Positions 25,796-32,552 of a stretch of DNA of 53,665 nt are shown piece after piece. The translations under genes and the position numbers were made by a program. The stretch comes from an uncultured Bacilli bacterium. Its GTDB lineage: Bacteria; Bacillota_I; Bacilli_A; RF39; UBA660. Below the pieces are notes generated by a model, which was given only the letters and a program-made list of their open reading frames with translations, did not search any database and was not told where the DNA came from. The stretch covers positions 1 to 53,665 of the forward strand of contig CAKOSE010000004.1 in the NCBI GenBank assembly GCA_934102055.1. Reading direction: 5' to 3'. Within the stretch, counting starts at the first letter, position 1; every line of letters begins with the position of its first letter.

Positions 25796-26812
25796 TTATT
25801 CCTCCTTTTTTGATCTCAATTGTCCACATGCTGCGGATATTTTTTTACCAAATTCTCTTCTTACAGTTACGTTTATCTTTTCTTTTTTTATTATATCATA
25901 AAATTCCATTATTTTTTCATTTTTAGGTCTTTTAAAGTTAAACATAGGATTTTCATTGTATGGTATTAAATTAATATAAGCATTCATTCCTTTGATTAGT
26001 TTACATAAAGCAAGGGCATCTTTTTTAAAATCGTTAATCCCTGCAAGTAAGATATATTCAAAAGTAACCCTTCTTCCAGTTTTAGAGAGATAATCTCTTA
26101 TAGAATCCATTAACTCGTTTAAGGGATAAACTTTGTTAATAGGCATTAATTTAGTTCTAAGTTCATCGTTTGAAGCGTGTAAACTAATGGCAAGATTAAC
26201 TTGGTATGAAAGATTAGAAAATTCATGTATTTTAGGAACTATTCCGCAAGTAGAGACAGTTATATGTCTAGACCCTATGCAAAGACCTTTATGATTGTTA
26301 GCATTGTCTATAAAGGAAACTAAGTTGTCGTAATTGTCAAAAGGTTCTCCAATACCCATTATAACAACATGAGATATTCTTTTAGATATTCTTTTTTCTA
26401 TTTCAATAATTTGAAGTAGCATCTCACTCGGAGTTAGGTTCCTTACTTTTTTTCTTCTTCCACTTTCACAAAAAGCACATGACATATTACAGCCAACTTG
26501 AGAAGATATGCATAAACTAATTCCATAGTCATGATACATTAAAACACTTTCAATATGTTCATTGTCACTAAGTTTAAAAAGAAATTTGCTTACATCTTTA
26601 TCATGTTCTTCTTTAACAATTATAGGAATATAAAAACTAAAACTATCTTCCAGTAATGATATTAAATTTTTACTTAAATTAGTCATTTCAGAAAAAGAAG
26701 TAACTCTCTTTTCATATAACCAATAAAAAACCTGAGAAGCTCTATATTTCTTCTCATCATGTTCTATAAAAAAGTTTTCAAGTTTATTTAAAGTTAAATC
26801 ATATATATTCAT
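25796..26812 (-). CDS. rlmN: 23S rRNA/tRNA adenine-C2 methyltransferase RlmN (radical SAM)
   Basis: YRASQVFYWLY, CNMSCAFCESG and C-terminal AACGQL. The start is set at MNIYDL. The upstream ORF-track extension is hydrophobic junk. Confidence 0.9.
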   Translation of the reverse strand: MNIYDLTLNKLENFFIEHDEKKYRASQVFYWLYEKRVTSFSEMTNLSKNLISLLEDSFSFYIPIIVKEEHDKDVSKFLFKLSDNEHIESVLMYHDYGISLCISSQVGCNMSCAFCESGRRKKVRNLTPSEMLLQIIEIEKRISKRISHVVIMGIGEPFDNYDNLVSFIDNANNHKGLCIGSRHITVSTCGIVPKIHEFSNLSYQVNLAISLHASNDELRTKLMPINKVYPLNELMDSIRDYLSKTGRRVTFEYILLAGINDFKKDALALCKLIKGMNAYINLIPYNENPMFNFKRPKNEKIMEFYDIIKKEKINVTVRREFGKKISAACGQLRSKKEE

Positions 26813-26873
26813 AAAAATCACACTATAATTATACAAGAAAAAAGTAAAAAAAGAAACTATTTTAAAAAAGTTA

Positions 26874-27755
26874 TTAGCCATTAATAACTTTTTCAAACAA
26901 TTTCTCATCAAAAGACTTATTTCTAATCATTTCTATTTCATATTTATATGGAGGTTTCCCTTCGATGTAAGGGGTTTCTAAAATTTTAGGGATACTTTCT
27001 AATCTTTTGTTATAGATAACAGATAAAAGACTTGAAAAACCAATGGTTCCATATCCAATGTTCTCATGCCTATCTTTATGAGAAGAAACAGGGTTTTTAC
27101 TATCGTTTACATGAATACAACCAATTTTATCAAATAAATTATATTTGTCAAAACAATCAAGAATCTCATCAAAAGAAGAGATGGAAAGGCCACTATCAGA
27201 TAAATGACAAGTATCTAAACAGATTCCTATCTTAGATTTATCTTTATCATTAATACCATTTATTATTGTGCTGAGTTGTTCTATAGTAGAACCAAGTTCA
27301 GTACCTTTACCAGCCATAGTCTCAAGTAAAATAGTTATCTTAGTGGTTGGTAATATCTCATTTAAAGCATTTATAATATTTTTAAGACCAACTTCTACTC
27401 CTTGACCAACATGAGATCCAGGATGAAGAACTAACTTAGAAACACCAAGCTCTTCACAGCGTTTACATTCTTGTTTTAAAAAATTAATAGAAAACTTGTA
27501 CTTACTTTCGTCCCCATTAGCAAGATTTATTATGTATGGAGCATGAACAATAACATTATTTATATCAATATTGTTTTCATTCATTAAAGACTTAGCTTCT
27601 AAAGTAAGAGCACTATTAAGAGCAGCTCTATTAGTATTTTGAGGAGCACCAGTATAAAACATAAAAGTATTAGCACCATAAGATAAAGCTTCTTTAACAG
27701 ATCCTACCAGTTGTGTATCTTTCTTAAAGGATACATGCGATCCTATTATTAACAT
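26874..27755 (-). CDS. nfo: Endonuclease IV
   Basis: IGSHVS, HAPYIINLA, LHPGSH and CLDTCH motifs. Confidence 0.9.
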   Translation of the reverse strand: MLIIGSHVSFKKDTQLVGSVKEALSYGANTFMFYTGAPQNTNRAALNSALTLEAKSLMNENNIDINNVIVHAPYIINLANGDESKYKFSINFLKQECKRCEELGVSKLVLHPGSHVGQGVEVGLKNIINALNEILPTTKITILLETMAGKGTELGSTIEQLSTIINGINDKDKSKIGICLDTCHLSDSGLSISSFDEILDCFDKYNLFDKIGCIHVNDSKNPVSSHKDRHENIGYGTIGFSSLLSVIYNKRLESIPKILETPYIEGKPPYKYEIEMIRNKSFDEKLFEKVING

Positions 27756-27787
27756 ATATTAATTCACCTCTTAAAATAGATTATATC

Positions 27788-27814
27788 AAAAAAAAGATAC
27801 TATTTAAAGTATCT
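27788..27814 (-). terminator. Terminator of the pilin gene 27813-28292
   Basis: Stem AGATACT / AGTATCT overlapping the TAG stop, followed by TTTTTTTT on the minus strand. Confidence 0.7.
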
Positions 27815-28292
27815 ATTTTGTTCCTTCAGATGAAGCTTCGAACGAAGAAGTCGCTTTTGGACACTTATTTGTATCGCTATAAACTTCTACTTTGTCACTA
27901 ATAGCATCCTTTTCTTTTTGGTTCAAAATACGATAACCATCAGCCAAGCAAATACTATATGTTGTTGCGCCATCAGTACCTTGGGTTACTGTTACAGCAC
28001 TATCACTGCTATATGATTTTCCAAATGGACTAGTTATTAATTTTTTTTCAAGGAGCTCATCGATATCTTTTTTGGTATAAGTATAATCTCCAACGTATGA
28101 TTTAGAAACATAATCCATTCTAACTGCACTTATCGCTGATTGAGCTGCATCTGCAAATGTTCCCTTTCTTGCAGTATCCAAATATCTAGTTACTGCTGGA
28201 ATTGCTATCATTACTAAGATTGCAAGTATTACTATAACTGCTAAAAGTTCTATTAAAGTGAAACCTTTCTTATTATTATTTAATTTTTTCAT
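27813..28292 (-). CDS. Type IV pilin-like protein (prepilin N-terminal methylation motif), candidate major subunit
   Basis: MKKLNNNKKG/FTLIELLAVIVILAILVMIAIP is a class III signal with E+5. A C-terminal Cys pair (SICLADG...NKCP) is present. The gene has its own promoter, a strong RBS (AAGGAGGAAAACAATATG) and its own terminator. Confidence 0.85.
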   Translation of the reverse strand: MKKLNNNKKGFTLIELLAVIVILAILVMIAIPAVTRYLDTARKGTFADAAQSAISAVRMDYVSKSYVGDYTYTKKDIDELLEKKLITSPFGKSYSSDSAVTVTQGTDGATTYSICLADGYRILNQKEKDAISDKVEVYSDTNKCPKATSSFEASSEGTK

Positions 28293-28323
28293 ATTGTTTT
28301 CCTCCTTATTTTCTTATATTTAA

Positions 28324-28352
28324 AATATATCATTTAAAAAATACTTTGTAAA
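28324..28352 (-). promoter_or_regulatory. Sigma-A promoter (TTTACA-N17-TGATATATT, extended -10) for the pilin gene
   Basis: On the minus strand: TTTACA (28352-28347), a 17-nt spacer ending in TGA, then TATATT (28329-28324). Confidence 0.55.
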
Positions 28353-28396
28353 TAGTTTTTAAGTTTTTTATATTTTTTTGTCGTTAAGTGATTAAT

Positions 28397-28873
28397 TTAT
28401 CTTGTACACTGACCATTTGAATAATTTCCTAGTTGAACATCACTTTTTGACAATTTATTTTTATCAGTATTATCAATCATATAACATTTATCTTTTTGAT
28501 AAGATTGCAATGTAATTGTAACTTTTCTTTCTTGCACGCCTTCAGTACCAGGACTACTTGGTTCTTCAAATTTTATTATACTGTTTTCTTTATCGTATGT
28601 ATAACCATATGGATCGGTAAGATCTGAATCATTTATTCCTTCTATATCACCTAGTTTTATTGTAGTACCGCTGATAAATTTTTCTTTATTCTTTTCTTGT
28701 TTATACATATAGGTTGCTTTTGCTATAAAGTCTTTAGCATCTGCTACGTATTGTTCTTTTTTACCTCTATCTATCATATTGACTATATTGGGTGTTGCTA
28801 TTATTGCTAGTATCGATAAGATTACTACTACTGCGATTAGTTCTATTAGAGTAAAACCTTTTTTATCCTTCAT
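28397..28873 (-). CDS. Type IV pilin-like protein
   Basis: MKDKKG/FTLIELIAVVVILSILAIIATP and a C-terminal Cys pair (KDKCYMID...NGQCTR). RBS GAGGGGAG. Confidence 0.85.
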   Translation of the reverse strand: MKDKKGFTLIELIAVVVILSILAIIATPNIVNMIDRGKKEQYVADAKDFIAKATYMYKQEKNKEKFISGTTIKLGDIEGINDSDLTDPYGYTYDKENSIIKFEEPSSPGTEGVQERKVTITLQSYQKDKCYMIDNTDKNKLSKSDVQLGNYSNGQCTR

Positions 28874-29048
28874 ATTGACACTCCCCTCTTCCGATACATT
28901 TAGTTAATGTGTTATTTATGTCTTCTACATAGTTTTTTTGATTATCGTATTCTTTTTTTTCTATTGCTAGTACTGTAAACATTGTTATTGAAAGTAATAT
29001 AATAACAGCATATACCATACTAGTAATAGCAAAACCTTTATTATTCAT
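28863..29048 (-). CDS. Small pseudopilin-like protein (degenerate prepilin signal, no E+5)
   Basis: MNNKG/FAITSMVYAVIILLSITMF and a C-terminal CIGRGEC pair. RBS GGTGAT. Overlaps the start of the next pilin gene. Confidence 0.6.
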   Translation of the reverse strand: MNNKGFAITSMVYAVIILLSITMFTVLAIEKKEYDNQKNYVEDINNTLTKCIGRGECQYEG

Positions 29049-29104
29049 TATCAAATCACCTACAATAAAATTATAACAAAATTAATCTTAAAAAAAAAGA
29101 TATA

Positions 29105-29326
29105 TTAGGAAAATATATCAATTATTTGGGATACCCTGTCAATATTTTTAGAAAACCTATCTAATTTATCTTGAGGAGTCATTTTATACTCTATTTTCAT
29201 TTCTTTTTCAAAAGATGAAAAGTAACTACTATCTCTATTTAGATATTTATACCAATTAGAATTTTCTCTTAAGAATCTTTGGTAATTAGGATTTTGTTTT
29301 ATTCTATTTTGCAAAATTAAGTTCAT
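29105..29326 (-). CDS. YlbE-like protein
   Basis: QNPNYQRFLRENSNWYKYLNRDSSYF resembles the YlbE family pattern. It lies immediately downstream of the ylbD-like gene, as in Bacillus. Confidence 0.55.
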   Translation of the reverse strand: MNLILQNRIKQNPNYQRFLRENSNWYKYLNRDSSYFSSFEKEMKIEYKMTPQDKLDRFSKNIDRVSQIIDIFS

Positions 29327-29679
29327 TAATCATCGAAATACTTATATAATGGTCTTGCTTCGTATGTACTTTTTCTAACTGGTATACTTTCTTCTTTTGT
29401 TTTGACTAAGTTTTCTATGTATCCTATTCCTTTTTGTAAGGAATTAACTTGTTTTTGAACTTCGGTCATATCTATATTTTTAAACATATTAAACATATCT
29501 TTTAGTGTAACGGTTCCTGTTGATTGTTCTTTTACTATGTATTTATCCCAAACAGAACTATTCTCTCCATATAATGTGTACATGTTATAGAAATCTTGCC
29601 ATGTTTTTTCTCCTTTTGAAACATAAGATTCTAGAGATGGTTTTGTTTTTACAAATTCTTTAAATTTATCTAAAGACAT
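29326..29679 (-). CDS. YlbD-like (putative spore coat) protein
   Basis: DKFKEFVKTKPSLESYVSKGEKTWQDFYNMYTLYGENSSVWDKY resembles YlbD. RBS GGTGAT. Confidence 0.5.
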   Translation of the reverse strand: MSLDKFKEFVKTKPSLESYVSKGEKTWQDFYNMYTLYGENSSVWDKYIVKEQSTGTVTLKDMFNMFKNIDMTEVQKQVNSLQKGIGYIENLVKTKEESIPVRKSTYEARPLYKYFDD

Positions 29680-29761
29680 GATAATCACCTAATTAATTAT
29701 ATGTTTTTGCTTGTCTTATAAAACAAAAAACTATCACAAAGATTTGTAATAGTTTATATAT

Positions 29762-30202
29762 TTAATTACTTAATTTATCTTTTATTAGAGTGGTAACTTT
29801 TTTCATATCACATTTATTTTTTAACTTAGGGGTTGCTATTCTCATTACATTTCCTAAATCTTTAATAGTTGTGGCATTACTTTCTTTTATAGCATTTTCT
29901 ATAATATTATTTATTTCTTCTTCTGTTAATTGTTTAGGCATATATTCATTTAGTATTTCTATTTCTTCCATATATGACTTAACTAGGTCTTCTCTTCCTG
30001 CTTTTTTAAATTCTTCTACTGAGTCATTTCTAAGTTTTATTTGTTTGTTTACAACTTCTACTAAAAGTTCATCGTTTTCTTCTTTTTTATTGTTTATTCT
30101 TTCTAGTTGCATTGCTCCTTTAACTGATCTTAATGTATTTAATTTAACTTTGTCTTTATTTTTCATTGCTTCTATAAGTTCTTTTTTAAATTTTTCTAAC
30201 AT
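29762..30202 (-). CDS. yqeY: GatB/YqeY domain protein
   Basis: MLEKFKKELIEAMKNKDKVKLNTLR and SYMEEIEILNEYMP match the YqeY pattern. Located downstream of rpsU as in Bacillus. Confidence 0.85.
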   Translation of the reverse strand: MLEKFKKELIEAMKNKDKVKLNTLRSVKGAMQLERINNKKEENDELLVEVVNKQIKLRNDSVEEFKKAGREDLVKSYMEEIEILNEYMPKQLTEEEINNIIENAIKESNATTIKDLGNVMRIATPKLKNKCDMKKVTTLIKDKLSN

Positions 30203-30231
30203 GATTTTCCTCCTAAAAAAAGCAACTAATA

Positions 30232-30429
30232 TTAAGCTGCTCTATTATTTCTTCTATTTCTTTTTTTGGAATTTATAGTGTTTTGTTTCTTTTCTTCTCT
30301 TCTTTTCACTCCTGGCTTGTCATAAAACTTTCTTTTTTTGGCTTCAGAAAGGACTCCGTCACGAGCACATTTTTGTTTGAATCTTTTTAATGCACTGTCT
30401 AAATTACCTTTTACTGTTACTTCAGTCAT
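30232..30429 (-). CDS. rpsU: 30S ribosomal protein S21
   Basis: [35 protein letters not shown]. Confidence 0.9.
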   Translation of the reverse strand: MTEVTVKGNLDSALKRFKQKCARDGVLSEAKKRKFYDKPGVKRREEKKQNTINSKKRNRRNNRAA

Positions 30430-30464
30430 AATTTAATCCTCCTTTCTTGCCTGTACTACTCTGT

Positions 30465-30493
30465 ATTATAGCAAACATAAGGATAAATTTCAA
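30465..30493 (-). promoter_or_regulatory. Near-consensus sigma-A promoter for rpsU (TTGAAA-N17-TGCTATAAT)
   Basis: On the minus strand: TTGAAA (30493-30488), a 17-nt spacer, TATAAT (30470-30465) with an upstream TG. Confidence 0.65.
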
Positions 30494-30511
30494 CTTTTTT
30501 TTAGCTTTTTT

Positions 30512-31819
30512 TTAAAAAGGTAGCTTAAAATTACCATTTGCCATCTGTTTCATCATTTTTTTACTTTGTTCAAATTGCGTAAGAAGTCTATTTACTTCCA
30601 TTAAAGGTCTTCCACTACCATTTGCTATTCTTTGTTTTCTACTTGCTTTTATTATCTCAGGTTTTTGTCTTTCTTCTTTTGTCATTGATAAGATAATTGC
30701 TTCAACATGGGCCATATCTTTTGGATCAATATTTATCTTATTTAAACCTAGTTTCTTAGCACCAGGAAGAAGTTTTAGTATAGATTCAAGTGATCCAAGT
30801 TTTTTTATTTGTTTCATTTGTTTTAAGAAATCTTCTAAATCATATTTACCAGATCTCATTTTTTTAAGAGAGTTTTCTGCTTCTTTTTCATCTATTACTT
30901 CATTAGCTTTATCTACTATAGATAAAATATCTCCCATACCTATTATTCTTGAAGCCATTCTATCTGGGTAAAAAGCATCTAAACCATCGAGTTTTTCTGA
31001 AACTCCGACAAACTTTATAGGTACATTTGTTAAATGTCTAACAGAAAGGGCTACTCCTCCTCTGGTATCTCCATCTAACTTAGTTAGAATAACTCCTGTA
31101 AGATCTAAGTTTTCATTAAAGCCTTTTATAACGTTTATAGCATCTTGTCCCATCATTGAATCAATAACAAGTAAAACTTCTTGAGGATTAACTTCTTTTT
31201 TGATATTTTTAAGTTCATCCATTAAAGCTTCGTCTATATGAAGACGACCAGCAGTATCTATTAAAACATAATCGTATCCGTGTTCTTTTGCATATTTAAT
31301 AGCATTAAGACTTATTTCTACAGGATTACCTTTACCTTCTTCATAAACTTCAATATTAAGCTCTTTTCCTATTTGTTTTAATTGATCAATTGCAGCGGGT
31401 CTATAAACATCACATGCTACTAAAAGGGGTTTTTTACTATGTTTTTTTCTTAGAAAGTTAGATAATTTTCCTATAGTAGTAGTCTTTCCAGAACCTTGCA
31501 GACCAACAAGCATAAGAATTGCAGGATTGCCTTCTACATTAAGAGGAGAAGCTTCTCCCCCTAATAAATCTTCAAGTTCATCTCTTATTATTCCTACAAA
31601 CATTTCTCCTGGAGATAAGCTTTTTTTAACTTCTTCTCCTAAAGCTTTTTCTTTTACATTATTAGTAAACTCTCTAACAACTTGATAGTTTACATCAGCT
31701 TCTAGTAATGCTAGCCTTACTTCTCTTAACATTGGATCTATATTTTCTTCTGTTATTTTTCCATGTCCTTTTATATTTTTTACTACTTTTTCTAATCTAT
31801 CACTTAATGTTTCAAACAT
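30512..31819 (-). CDS. ffh: Signal recognition particle protein Ffh
   Basis: N domain, G domain (GLQGSGKTTT, DTAGR, TKLD) and a Met-rich M domain. The start is set at MFETLSDRL behind GGTGAT. Confidence 0.95.
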   Translation of the reverse strand: MFETLSDRLEKVVKNIKGHGKITEENIDPMLREVRLALLEADVNYQVVREFTNNVKEKALGEEVKKSLSPGEMFVGIIRDELEDLLGGEASPLNVEGNPAILMLVGLQGSGKTTTIGKLSNFLRKKHSKKPLLVACDVYRPAAIDQLKQIGKELNIEVYEEGKGNPVEISLNAIKYAKEHGYDYVLIDTAGRLHIDEALMDELKNIKKEVNPQEVLLVIDSMMGQDAINVIKGFNENLDLTGVILTKLDGDTRGGVALSVRHLTNVPIKFVGVSEKLDGLDAFYPDRMASRIIGMGDILSIVDKANEVIDEKEAENSLKKMRSGKYDLEDFLKQMKQIKKLGSLESILKLLPGAKKLGLNKINIDPKDMAHVEAIILSMTKEERQKPEIIKASRKQRIANGSGRPLMEVNRLLTQFEQSKKMMKQMANGNFKLPF

Positions 31820-31904
31820 ATTTATCACCATATTAATTATATATTATTACTAAATAAAAAGAAAGAGTTTTTCTCTCTTTACTTATAAATTAATATGAGT
31901 CTTG

Positions 31905-32330
31905 TTTATTTTGTTATAATATCTTTATAAACTATTGTTTTAAATATTCCTTCTAAGTATATATTTAAATCATTAGGATTATCTTGAAGTATTGATATAT
32001 TACCTGGCAACCATCATTTTTCATATAATCTAAGAAATATTCATAATGGCTTTTATTATTTTTATTAAAAGCACTTGGATATTCTTCAAAAGGCAATGAT
32101 AACATTTTTTATTTTCACATACCTTTCCAATAATAATGTTGCTAATTTACCAGATAGCATATAAGCATTTGAACCTGTTATATATACTCAACATTTTTCT
32201 TTATATATATAGACTATCAACAGTCTTTTGAAATTTAGGAACTATTTGGAACTTCATCTAAAAAACATAATAATTCTTCTTGAAGTCAATTTTTGTAAAT
32301 ATTTTTCCATAACTACCATGATTTAACATG
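31905..32330 (-). pseudogene. Decayed remnant of an AAA_14/DUF4143 (COG1373-type) ATPase gene
   Basis: Minus-strand translation across at least three frames gives FFLDEVPN, KFQKTVDSLYIKKNVEYI, TGSNAYMLSGKLATLLLERYVKIK, PFEEYPSAF, HYEYFLDYMKNDG and YLEGIFKTIVYKDII. This follows the family pattern (LDE[IV]Q, TGSN..LLS.ELAT.L.GRY.EI, PLSF.E[FY], YL..I..T...KDI). The Walker A N-terminus and the C-terminal half are missing, and several stops and frameshifts interrupt it. Confidence 0.55.
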
Positions 32331-32489
32331 TTTTGGAAATTGTTGTTTTTTATTTTTTTCTTACTATTTTACTAAATATTTTTACTTATCAACAGAATCA
32401 AATTTTAACAAAAGTATTAAACTTTTGTTATGGGAAAACTATTACTGTAACTCATAGTTTTAGATAAAATTATATTTTAATTTACATAG

Positions 32490-32525
32490 AAAAAACCTAT
32501 AAAATTACTTATTCGTAATTTTATA
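32490..32525 (-). terminator. Terminator of the 676-aa surface protein gene
   Basis: 11-bp stem TATAAAATTAC / GTAATTTTATA with a 6-nt loop, followed on the minus strand by GGTTTTTTC. Confidence 0.65.
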
Positions 32526-32552
32526 AGACTGTTTCATAGTTTTGGTAACACC

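Noticed and set aside
31832-32552. Long intergenic region considered as a CRISPR array, ncRNA or riboswitch
   Set aside because: It has no direct repeats with regular spacing and no conserved riboswitch core that I can recognise. It is explained by a decayed ATPase gene plus a terminator.
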